Shown here: positions 55,640 through 64,000 of the stretch, one piece after another
Position numbering within the stretch: position 1 is the stretch's first letter
How the letters are laid out: every line of letters starts with the position of its first letter
NCBI GenBank assembly: GCA_963741205.1
Contig: CAVUHW010000008.1
Span: 128,001 to 192,000, forward strand
Origin: Nitrospirota bacterium
GTDB taxonomy: Bacteria > Nitrospirota > UBA9217
DNA: 64,000 nucleotides
Direction: 5' to 3'
Notes under the pieces: generated by a model
Told to the model about the DNA's origin: nothing
Databases searched by the model: none
The model's input: the letters and a program-made list of their open reading frames with translations, nothing else
Program-made: the position numbers and the translations under genes

Positions 55640-55861
55640 GGACGCAGATGAACGCAGAAAAAACGGACTCGACGATACTTATGATGATCTCGTAAAAAGT
55701 CTTGGCTCACACGAAGCCACGAAGATCACAAAGGATATCTTGAATGTTTTCAACAGGTCTTTCTTCGTGCCTTTGTGTGAAAATAGAAGTTCTTACGACT
55801 TCATCATTCCTATTATAGTTCTTTTTACTCATCTGCGTGCATCTGCGCAAATCCGCGTCCC
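55640..55861. repeat. MITE/REP-like element with a second inverted-repeat element nested inside (55681-55807)
   Basis: Outer ends GGGACGCAGATGAACGCAG / CTGCGCAAATCCGCGTCCC; inner ends ATGATGATCTCGTAAAAAGT / AGTTCTTACGACTTCATCAT. Confidence 0.75.
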
Positions 55862-55874
55862 AAGGTTCCCGGGT

Positions 55875-56723
55875 TCACATTGCGGACGGGTCGCCGAGCC
55901 TGCCGAGCGCGACCTTGGCGTTCATTTTAATGTCTATATCGGTTGATGTCTCGAGTATCCTCCGGATCTTCGGGAGCGCGTCCCGTACCAGTTCCGGATT
56001 CTCGCTCCCGATGTTGCCGAGCGCTGCCACGGCGTTTTTAACGGCGTTCGGATGGGCGCTGTCGAGGTACTGCATCAGCTTCGGCACCAAAACCGCCACT
56101 TCGGCGGGGTAGTGTAGTCCGATGGCGCCCAGAGCAAAGAGCACGCCGCCGCAGGTCGCCTCTTTTGAGAACTCGAGCACTTCGACGAGTTTCGGCAAAA
56201 TCCCGCGAATCAGTTCGGGCGCGTTGATGCCGACCTTGCCCAAGGCATGGGCCGCAGCCTCGCGTTCGTCGTCATCGCCGCCTTCGAGCATCTGGATGAG
56301 ACGAGGCACCGCATCCCTGACCAGCTCCGTGTGAGCGAAGCCGATGTTTCCCAGGGCATAGGCCGCTTCCTGTCGCACCAGGCTCTGTTCGTGATTCAGG
56401 AGGGCCTTGAGCTTGGGCGCGGCCTTGGCTGCCGAATCCTTGAAGCTGAAACCGAGGTTCCCGATTGCGTTCGCCGCGTCGATTTTGATGAACATGTCCG
56501 GATCGTCGAGGAGTGCGATGAGAACCGGGAGGTGGGGCCTGGTATCGTTCGGATAGTCGAACCCCACGCGAGACAGGAGGTTCAAAACGCCGGAACGGAT
56601 GTCGCCGTTTTTCTCGCCCAGGAGCGCAACGAGATCGCCGATGAGCGAACGGTCTCCGTAGACGGCCGCCTCGATGCCGCCGAACTTTTTTTCCAGCGCA
56701 AGCGCTTTAAAGTCAGGTTTCAT
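55875..56723 (-). CDS. HEAT-repeat protein
   Basis: About six to seven ~39-aa repeats of P.L..LL.D....VR..AA.ALG.IG; RBS GGGGA. Confidence 0.88.
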   Translation of the reverse strand: MKPDFKALALEKKFGGIEAAVYGDRSLIGDLVALLGEKNGDIRSGVLNLLSRVGFDYPNDTRPHLPVLIALLDDPDMFIKIDAANAIGNLGFSFKDSAAKAAPKLKALLNHEQSLVRQEAAYALGNIGFAHTELVRDAVPRLIQMLEGGDDDEREAAAHALGKVGINAPELIRGILPKLVEVLEFSKEATCGGVLFALGAIGLHYPAEVAVLVPKLMQYLDSAHPNAVKNAVAALGNIGSENPELVRDALPKIRRILETSTDIDIKMNAKVALGRLGDPSAM

Positions 56724-56826
56724 GAATAATCCCCAATAGCAATGGGTAAGGGTCAAGAAGCAAGGAGGACCATAATCATCTTCCCTTGCTACATGCTACT
56801 TGCTGCCAGATTTTCTCCTCATTTCC

Positions 56827-57582
56827 TTATCCAAACAGGTTCCCCGTGGCCGTATCCTTGTTCTGTGACTCCGTCACCGCCTTGACGATCCTGATCGCGC
56901 CGAACTGCTCGATCTGCACGGCCTTGACGATCCGCGTCTTGATGAGCTCAAGGAGCGCCAGGAACGTGCCGATCACCTGCGCCCTTGACGCGCTTCCTTC
57001 GAACAGATCGGCGAAGAGCAGGCTGTCCACGGCCTCAAGCCGGGCCAGGATCTGAGAAATCTTTTCCGTGATCGAGACGGCCTCGGCAGTGATCTCGAAG
57101 CCGGCTTCGGGCACCCGCGCCATCACGTCCTTGAGCGCCGCCAGGAGGTCGAAGAGGTGGAAGTCGAAAAGCAGCGGCTCCTCTTCCGCGGGACGCTCCG
57201 GCGCGGTCTCGGCCTGCCTCGTGTAGATCTGCGACCAGGTCTCTTCCTTGTTTTCGAGGGCAGCCGCGGCATCCTTAAAGCTCTTGTACTCGAGGAGCCT
57301 GCGGATGAGCTCGGCCCGGGGGTCGACGCCGTCCTCCTCCTCCGTATTCTCGGGAGGCGGCAGGAGCATCCGGGACTTTATGTGAGTAAGCGTCGACGCC
57401 ATCACCAGGAAATCGCCGGCGATCTCCATGTCGAGGCTTTTCATGATTTCGATGTACTCGAGGTATTGCTGGGTGATAAGAGCGATGGGGATGGAGTAGA
57501 TATCGAGTTCGTGTTTCTTGATGAGGTGGAGGAGAAGGTCCATGGGACCTTCAAAAATCTCGAGTTTTATCTGATACGACAT
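56827..57582 (-). CDS. scpA: Segregation/condensation kleisin ScpA
   Basis: FEGPMDLLLHLI, FLVMASTL.HIKSRMLLP, DPRAEL..RLLEY, TFLALLEL. Confidence 0.95.
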   Translation of the reverse strand: MSYQIKLEIFEGPMDLLLHLIKKHELDIYSIPIALITQQYLEYIEIMKSLDMEIAGDFLVMASTLTHIKSRMLLPPPENTEEEDGVDPRAELIRRLLEYKSFKDAAAALENKEETWSQIYTRQAETAPERPAEEEPLLFDFHLFDLLAALKDVMARVPEAGFEITAEAVSITEKISQILARLEAVDSLLFADLFEGSASRAQVIGTFLALLELIKTRIVKAVQIEQFGAIRIVKAVTESQNKDTATGNLFG

Positions 57583-57863
57583 GGGTGCTTAAACGCCTCC
57601 GAGCATGTGCCGTCGGCATCCGGGCCATGCCGCTTCTTAGTTAAGAAAATTATCTTTATTCGCCCGAAAAGTCAAGAGAAAACATTTTCCAAACGCGGAA
57701 TGCGGAGCGCGGAATGCGGAATAAAAACCGAAAATAATGGCGGAGCGTTCAGTCCTCCCTCCTTGCATCATAGGAGAGAAGGTGGGTGAGGGACACTTTT
57801 CTTCCGCATAACCGCATTCGAACCGGTCTGGTATAATGTTGGTAGCGGGAGGGAGGAGGATGG

Positions 57864-58841
57864 ATGGCGGCAGGCAACGGGATTTATTCGGAAAAAGAGC
57901 TGTTACGCATGATTCGCCGATGGGTCCCGCGCGAGCGCGTGCCGAAGCGCGTACAGGTAAAGGACACGGCGGACTACTTTCGTGTGGACTATGACGATGT
58001 CGTCGTGCTCGAGGATATTCCCTATTTTATCCGGAATAACGAGCGCGAGGGCAGGTTCGGCCTCGACGACGAGCAGAAGTTCTGGGTCAAACGCTCCATC
58101 AACCTTCTGACGGGCGAGGTCAAGATCCTGAAATGGGTTTTCAGGGAGCGGTACGAGGCGAGGATCGGAAACCTCGTGTTCGAGTGTGTCAGGAGCCCGC
58201 AGAAGGAGGCGCGGATTCTCGAGCTCGTGCGCGGCAGGCCCGAATTCATGCAGGGCAGGACCGTCCTCGATTCCTCCGGCAACCAGCTCCGCATCCTGGA
58301 CTACATCAGGGGCAAAACACTGGGCCAGATCGCGGTCGAACTGGGAAGGGACCACGAGGATTTCTTTTATAACTTCTATCCCGCGCTGCTGGACGAATAC
58401 ATCACGATCGCCGGGGCCATCCGCTTCCTTCACGAACACAACGAAAAGCATGGAGACATCCGGCGCGACCACCTCATCAAGGACGCCGAGACGGGCCAAT
58501 ACCGCTGGATCGACTTTGATTTCAACTACCGCCACAGCGAAAGCCGCTTCGGCTTCGACCTCTTCGGACTGGGGACGGTTCTGCTTTTCATGACCGGACG
58601 CGGGGACGTCACCACACAGCGGCTGCTTCATGACAACCCCGCCCTCCTGGACCGGCTTACCGGGGACGACGTGAATATCGTGTTTCACAACCGCGTCAGC
58701 AACCTCAAAAAAATTTATCCCTATATCCCGGAAAAGCTGAACCGGATCCTGATGCATTTTTCCGTGAGCGCGCCGGTCTATTATGAAGAGACGAGGGAAT
58801 TGCTCGAGGACCTGGGAGAGGCCAGGGAGGAATTGAAGTGA
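57864..58841 (+). CDS. Protein kinase-like fold protein
   Basis: KILKW lysine, KEARIL helix-C, HGDIRRDH catalytic loop, WIDFD, DLFGLG. Confidence 0.8.
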   Translation: MAAGNGIYSEKELLRMIRRWVPRERVPKRVQVKDTADYFRVDYDDVVVLEDIPYFIRNNEREGRFGLDDEQKFWVKRSINLLTGEVKILKWVFRERYEARIGNLVFECVRSPQKEARILELVRGRPEFMQGRTVLDSSGNQLRILDYIRGKTLGQIAVELGRDHEDFFYNFYPALLDEYITIAGAIRFLHEHNEKHGDIRRDHLIKDAETGQYRWIDFDFNYRHSESRFGFDLFGLGTVLLFMTGRGDVTTQRLLHDNPALLDRLTGDDVNIVFHNRVSNLKKIYPYIPEKLNRILMHFSVSAPVYYEETRELLEDLGEAREELK

Positions 58842-58910
58842 CGATTGCGGAATGCGGAATTCGGAATGAACGTCTAACGGTCTAAAATAACAGTTCGAAT
58901 TCAATTAGCT

Positions 58911-58986
58911 TGTCATCCCCGAATGCTTCTATCGGGGATCCATTTTGACCTGATGACAATGGATTCCCGCCTGCGCGGGAATGACA
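58911..58986. repeat. REP-like palindrome (TGTCATCCCCG...GGATTCCCGCCTGCGCGGGAATGACA)
   Basis: Double-hairpin element with TGTCAT/ATGACA termini. Confidence 0.7.
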
Positions 58987-59017
58987 GACAGAGGAAGTAA
59001 TAAAAAGGAGCGAAACC

Positions 59018-59494
59018 ATGTCACCCGATGCCGGTGTACCCATGAAGGACAAGCACCTCCTGATCGCCGTCGACGAGTCGGACAGCTCGCGCCGCGCCGT
59101 TCTGTATGTCGCTGATTTCCTCGGCGGGCTCCCGGGGTTCACGGCGACGATCCTCTCCGTCATTCCCGAGCCCGAAGAGGATTTTTTCGACTCCGACCAC
59201 GAGATGAACGTCTGGATCAGTGACCAGGTCGACAAGACAAACAAGATGCTGGCAAACTACAAGCAAATCCTGATCCAGTCCGGCTTCCCCGAGAAAAAAG
59301 TGCGCATTCGTTCCTGCGTGGGAGAGGCGAAGTCGTTTTCCGACGCGATCCTCGATATCCACTGCGACGCAACGTGCTGCACCGTCGTCGTGGGCCGCCA
59401 CCACAAGTCCAAGACCGAGGAGTTCCTCTTCGGCAGCACGTCGAACAGGCTCATCCACGAGGCGAAGGGCTGCGCGGTGTGGGTGGTGGAATAA
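59018..59494 (+). CDS. Universal stress protein
   Basis: LLIAVDES, TVVVGR, FGSTS, AVWVVE. Confidence 0.9.
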   Translation: MSPDAGVPMKDKHLLIAVDESDSSRRAVLYVADFLGGLPGFTATILSVIPEPEEDFFDSDHEMNVWISDQVDKTNKMLANYKQILIQSGFPEKKVRIRSCVGEAKSFSDAILDIHCDATCCTVVVGRHHKSKTEEFLFGSTSNRLIHEAKGCAVWVVE

Positions 59495-59601
59495 TATGGT
59501 TTGATGTATCTCAGGGTCATCAAGAATGACACGACTCTTTCATTCTCCTGCTGTTCGATTTAACCGTGTCCCTCCCTGCCCATCCATGGTAAAATACCTT
59601 C

Positions 59602-61446
59602 GTGACACTCGAGGAAAAACTCCAGAACCTGCCGGACTCTCCCGGCGTATATATCATGAAGGACGCCGGGGGGCATGTGATTTACATCGGCAAGGCCGTG
59701 TCCCTCAAGAACCGCGTGCGCTCCTATTTCCAAAGGGGCGCTAAGGGAGAGAAGACCGAGATCATGGTCCGCCAGATCGCGGACCTCGAGACCATTGTGA
59801 CCCATACCGAGCTCGAGGCGTTTGCGCTCGAGTCGAACCTCATTAAAAAGCACCGTCCCCGCTACAACATCATCCTCCGCGACGACAAAAACTATCCCTA
59901 TCTCCGCTTCGACATCAAGTCCGAATATCCCCGCCTCGAGGTCGTGCGTCGATTAAAAAAGGACGGCGCGCTTTATTACGGGCCCTATGTGCCTGCGGGA
60001 GGAATGTGGGAGTCCCTGGCGCTCATCCGGCGCACCTTCCCGATCGCACCCTGTAAGATCGAGCTCAGGGCGGACAGGCCCGGAAGGCCCTGCATTCAGT
60101 TTCAGATCGGCCGGTGCCTGGCCCCCTGCTCCGGAGATGCCGACAAGGTCCAGTACCAGGATATGGTGAACCAGGTGCGGCTGTTCCTCGAAGGCAAGAA
60201 CCGGGACCTCCTTGATATCCTGAGGAGCCACATGGACGAGGCGTCCGAGAGAATGGAGTACGAGCGCGCGGCGGAACTCCGGGACCGGATCGCGAAGATC
60301 GAGGGCGCTCTCGAAAAGCAGAAGATCATCTCCCCCGGCTTTGAGAACCAGGACGTCATCGGCATGGCGTTTGAAGCAGGCCGCGCGGACATCCAGGCGC
60401 TTTTTATCCGGAACGGCATGCTGCTGGGGCGCAAGGATTTCTACCTCGACGACGTGCGCGGCATGACGGAAGAAGAGGTGCTCTCCGACTTTCTCCGGCA
60501 GTTCTACTCCAAGGAGATGATCGTGCCCCAGGAGGTGCTCTTGCCGGCCGAGGTCGCGGGCCGCGAGACGTTCGAGGCCTGGCTCGCGGAAAAGCGAGGC
60601 GCGAACGTGGAGGTGCAGTTCCCGCAGCGGGGCAGAAAGCGCGAGCTCGTTCAGATGGCCTCGGACAACGCGGCCCAGTCGCTCCGGGAGCGCCTGCTGT
60701 CGCGCAGGAGCAAGGAGCGGATCCTTGCGAGGCTCCAGGAAGAGCTGGGCCTCCGGAACCTGCCTCGCAGGATCGAGGCCTTCGACATCTCGACCATCCA
60801 GGGCGCCGAGTCCGTGGCGAGCATGGTTTCCTTCGAGGACAACTTGCCGGACAAGAGAAACTACAAGAAGTTCAAGATACGGACCGTCAGCGGCCAGGAT
60901 GATTTCGCGAGCATGGCCGAGGTGATCAGGCGGAGGTATACGAAAGCGAAGGAAGAGGGCGCGCTGCCCGACCTCATCCTTATCGACGGCGGCAAGGGCC
61001 AGCTCAACGCCGCGCTCGACGTGCTGCAGGAATTGGATATCGCGGGGCCTGACGTGATCGGCCTCGCCAAGGCCCGGAGCGGTGAGGAAGGGACCGAGCG
61101 GGAGTTCGAGCGGGTGTTCCTCCCGGGCGTGGAAGAGCCGGTCATTCTCGAACCCACCAGCTCGACCACGCATCTGGTTGCGCGCGTGCGCGACGAGGCG
61201 CACCGGTTCGCGATCACCTATCACCGGAAGCTCCGCGAGAAGAGAGCGGTGCATTCCGAACTGGACGACATCCCGGGCATCGGCGAAGTGCGGAAAAAGG
61301 CGCTGCTGCTGCATTTCGGGAGCTTGGAGAAGATACGGCAGGCGACGGCGGAGGACCTGGCGGCGGTCAAGGGGATGTCGAGGAAGTCCGCGGAGGAGAT
61401 CGTGCAGCTATTTTCAAGGAGCCGAGGTCAAGGTTCAAGTCCGTAA
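59602..61446 (+). CDS. uvrC: Excinuclease ABC subunit C
   Basis: PGVY...YIGKA.SLKNRV.SYF GIY-YIG, UVR domain, IEAFDIS, LIDGGKGQL, RDEAHRFA, HhH. Confidence 0.97.
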   Translation: MTLEEKLQNLPDSPGVYIMKDAGGHVIYIGKAVSLKNRVRSYFQRGAKGEKTEIMVRQIADLETIVTHTELEAFALESNLIKKHRPRYNIILRDDKNYPYLRFDIKSEYPRLEVVRRLKKDGALYYGPYVPAGGMWESLALIRRTFPIAPCKIELRADRPGRPCIQFQIGRCLAPCSGDADKVQYQDMVNQVRLFLEGKNRDLLDILRSHMDEASERMEYERAAELRDRIAKIEGALEKQKIISPGFENQDVIGMAFEAGRADIQALFIRNGMLLGRKDFYLDDVRGMTEEEVLSDFLRQFYSKEMIVPQEVLLPAEVAGRETFEAWLAEKRGANVEVQFPQRGRKRELVQMASDNAAQSLRERLLSRRSKERILARLQEELGLRNLPRRIEAFDISTIQGAESVASMVSFEDNLPDKRNYKKFKIRTVSGQDDFASMAEVIRRRYTKAKEEGALPDLILIDGGKGQLNAALDVLQELDIAGPDVIGLAKARSGEEGTEREFERVFLPGVEEPVILEPTSSTTHLVARVRDEAHRFAITYHRKLREKRAVHSELDDIPGIGEVRKKALLLHFGSLEKIRQATAEDLAAVKGMSRKSAEEIVQLFSRSRGQGSSP

Positions 61447-61595
61447 AGTTGACAACTAAAAGCAACAGTTGAGCACAGGCGCAAGGAGCAAGGAGCAAGT
61501 ACGATTCAAACTGACAGATCTTCTCCTGTTTCGCGTCTGCCCTGCGATGGCTGACTTAGATCCCTTGCAGCAATTGTCATCATCAAGGAGTCTCC

Positions 61596-62414
61596 ATGAC
61601 CAACGAACAGTGGCTGGAAATCTTCAAACACATCGGCAAGAAAATGCGCGACGGCCTGTCCGTGATCCTCGCGAAGGAAGGCGGCGCCGTGCCGCTGGGC
61701 AAGGGGGCGGGCGGGGACAAGACCTTCCCCGTGGACCAGTGGGCGGAGGACATCATCATCGCGTCACTCGAAAAGGCTCAGCGGGAAGGCGAAACGTTCA
61801 CGCTCATATCCGAAGAGCTCGGCATCAGAAAGTTCGGGGAGGGCGGGAAGATCGTGCTCGTGGACCCCATCGACGGAAGCAATAACGCAAAGAGCGGGAT
61901 ACCGTTCTTCTCCGCCTCACTCGCGCTTCTGAACGGACCAACGCTGGACACCCTCGCCGTGGGCTATGTCATCAATCTTGCCGCGGGCGACGAGTTCTGG
62001 GCGCTGCGCGGCAACGGCGCGTACAAAAACGGCTCGCGGATCAGGACATCGGCCGCGCAGGGCATCACGATCGTCGCCTACGAGGCATCCTCGCCGGCGA
62101 CCGATATTCCGCGGCTCATGCCGCTTTTCGCTCAGGCGAAACGCACGCGCTGTTTCGGTTCGACCGCGCTCGATCTTGCCTACCTTGCGTCGGGCGCGCT
62201 CAGCGTTTTCGCAACGGCAACGGCATCGAGGGCCTTCGATTACGCGGCAGGCATGTTGATCCTGAAAGAGGCCGACGGCGTCATCACCGACCTCGAGGGA
62301 ACGACGCTCGACCACATCGTCGCGGGGCTGCACCGGACCGTGCCGCTCCTTGCCAGCAAGAACGACGCGACGCACATTCTGGCGCTAAACGCCCTTTCCG
62401 TCCGCAAGGATTAA
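61596..62414 (+). CDS. Inositol monophosphatase / FBPase class IV family
   Basis: ISEE, VDPIDGS.N, GSTALDL, FDYAAG. Confidence 0.9.
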   Translation: MTNEQWLEIFKHIGKKMRDGLSVILAKEGGAVPLGKGAGGDKTFPVDQWAEDIIIASLEKAQREGETFTLISEELGIRKFGEGGKIVLVDPIDGSNNAKSGIPFFSASLALLNGPTLDTLAVGYVINLAAGDEFWALRGNGAYKNGSRIRTSAAQGITIVAYEASSPATDIPRLMPLFAQAKRTRCFGSTALDLAYLASGALSVFATATASRAFDYAAGMLILKEADGVITDLEGTTLDHIVAGLHRTVPLLASKNDATHILALNALSVRKD

Positions 62415-62464
62415 TAGTATTTCCCAGTATTGACTTACTTTTCTTTTTATGTAATTATGAGTCT

Positions 62465-63391
62465 ATGGCGCTTGTGAATCACACCACGCGTGAGATCAAC
62501 GCGAAAATCGTGTACTATGGCCCCGGCCTCTGCGGCAAGACGACGAACATCCATCTCATCTATCACCGGATAGCGCCCAACCAGCGGGGCAAGCTCATCT
62601 CGCTGGCGACGGAAACGGACCGGACGCTTTTCTTCGATTTTCTTCCCGTCGAACTCGGCACCATCAAAAATTACAAGGTGCGGTTCCATCTCTACACGGT
62701 TCCCGGACAGGTGTTCTACAACGCTACGCGGAAGCTCGTCCTGAAGGGCGCCGACGGCGTCATTTTCGTCGCTGATTCTCAGCGGGCCATGCTGGACGCC
62801 AACCTCGAGAGCCTGGCGAACCTGCGGGAAAATTTTGCGGAGCAGGGCGTCAAGCTCACCGAGTTTCCCATGGTGATACAGTTCAACAAGCGGGACCTGC
62901 CCGACCTGCTCTCGACCGACGAACTGAACGAGGCGTTAAACCCGCGGAAGGTGCCGTTTTACGAGGCCGTGGCGACGACCGGCGACGGAGTGCTGAAGAC
63001 CTTCACCGCCATTTCCAGGCTGGTGCTGCAGGACATGCAGAAGAAGCCGGAGCGCCATAATTTCACGCTCAGCGACATCATCGCAAGGGGCGACAAACAA
63101 CCGCAGGCCGCCGAAGGCGTCATGAACAACATTCCGCCCGCGGAGCCGTCGATGCCGGGCGCGCCCATGGCGGAGGCCAAGCCGGAGATGGCAGCACTCG
63201 AGGAGGCCGTTGATGCCGGCATGAAGGTGAATCTCGGAAAGGCCTTCGTGGAAGACAGCAATATCATACTCCCGTTCGATGTGGTGACCAGGGAGCGGCA
63301 AGAGCAGTTCCAACTCCGCGTTGCGATCGATATGGAGGCGCCCCTCGCCAAACGGTTCAAGATTCTCGTGAAGAATTTTAAGAAGTGGTAA
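62465..63391 (+). CDS. MglA-family small GTPase with C-terminal extension
   Basis: YYGPGLCGKTTN, TETDRTLFFDF, TVPGQ, NKRD; about 110 extra C-terminal residues. Confidence 0.9.
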   Translation: MALVNHTTREINAKIVYYGPGLCGKTTNIHLIYHRIAPNQRGKLISLATETDRTLFFDFLPVELGTIKNYKVRFHLYTVPGQVFYNATRKLVLKGADGVIFVADSQRAMLDANLESLANLRENFAEQGVKLTEFPMVIQFNKRDLPDLLSTDELNEALNPRKVPFYEAVATTGDGVLKTFTAISRLVLQDMQKKPERHNFTLSDIIARGDKQPQAAEGVMNNIPPAEPSMPGAPMAEAKPEMAALEEAVDAGMKVNLGKAFVEDSNIILPFDVVTRERQEQFQLRVAIDMEAPLAKRFKILVKNFKKW

Positions 63392-63613
63392 GAGAGCGGG
63401 AGCCGGACGGAGGTCAGCGCAGACGCCCGCTGGTTGCACGAGGGCCGTCACAGTCGGGAATACCCGCCGGCACGATAAGATGCCGCAGGTTTCAACCTGT
63501 TTGATCGTCCCTGTGCCACCGCGTTCATCCCGGAAGTGCGGTTTCATCTCCAGCGGGTATTCATCCATGGATAGCTGTCGTATGAGGTCAAGTGGTTTCC
63601 CTTTGAGGTTCCC

Positions 63614-64000
63614 ATGTCGAAGGTGACGGTTCTTATCCCCGCCGCAGGAACGGGAAAACGGATGGGCAAGGCGACTGCGAAACAGTTTCTGACGCTCGGT
63701 GACAAGCCGATTCTCGCGCACACCCTCCTCGCGTTCCAGCGCGCCTCGGAGATCGATGAAATCATTCCGATCCTCTCCGAGGAGGACCTGGAGACCTGCC
63801 TCGGGGAAATCATCGAAGGATACCATATCACCAAGGTAAAAACCCTCGTCGTGGGCGGTAAGGAACGGCAGGACTCGGTGATGAACGGGCTGCACAAGCT
63901 CGCGAAAGATGCGGCAATCGTTCTTGTTCATGACGGCGTGCGGCCCTTTGTGACGCCGGAGATGATCAAGGAGACCGTGGACTACGCGAAGAAAGGCGAG
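63614..64000 (+). CDS. ispD: 2-C-methyl-D-erythritol 4-phosphate cytidylyltransferase (partial, runs off the window)
   Basis: IPAAGTGKRMG...KQFL, GGKERQDSV.NGL, VLVHDGVRPF. Confidence 0.93.
   Translation, partial: MSKVTVLIPAAGTGKRMGKATAKQFLTLGDKPILAHTLLAFQRASEIDEIIPILSEEDLETCLGEIIEGYHITKVKTLVVGGKERQDSVMNGLHKLAKDAAIVLVHDGVRPFVTPEMIKETVDYAKKGE

Overview
GC-rich bacterial chromosomal window. Gene content (ahbD-type heme synthesis, rubrerythrin/SOD/PerR, MglA, sigma-54 systems) suggests an anaerobe of the Nitrospirota/Desulfobacterota neighbourhood; this is inference only. Layout: (1) 0-15.9 kb housekeeping genes, including a receiver-domain-LpxC fusion, greB, rsmE, arfB and uup. (2) About 16-21 kb, a patch of gene remnants. 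(3) parC/gyrA-like topoisomerase subunit A. (4) A large nitrogen island at about 23.7-51.7 kb: three ammonium transporters, three PII proteins, a porin, NtrB/NtrC-like regulators and five sigma-54 promoter motifs, four with a conserved tandem upstream site. It embeds a glucosylglycerate-type synthesis cluster and a PerR oxidative-stress cluster. (5) A minus-strand scpA - HEAT-repeat - scpB - MinD/FlhG-like ATPase - J-like/HTH cluster, then a kinase+USP pair, uvrC, IMPase, an MglA-like GTPase and partial ispD. Many genes carry single-base frameshifts, most likely long-read assembly errors. No rRNA, tRNA, CRISPR array or intact transposase was seen. Best leads: a covarying 3'-UTR RNA element repeated three times after PII genes, whose unpaired segment is complementary to the third amt gene's ribosome-binding site; a HEAT-repeat gene between scpA and scpB; the REC-LpxC fusion with 11-bp repeats over its promoter; and the glucosylglycerate cluster divergent from an amt operon.
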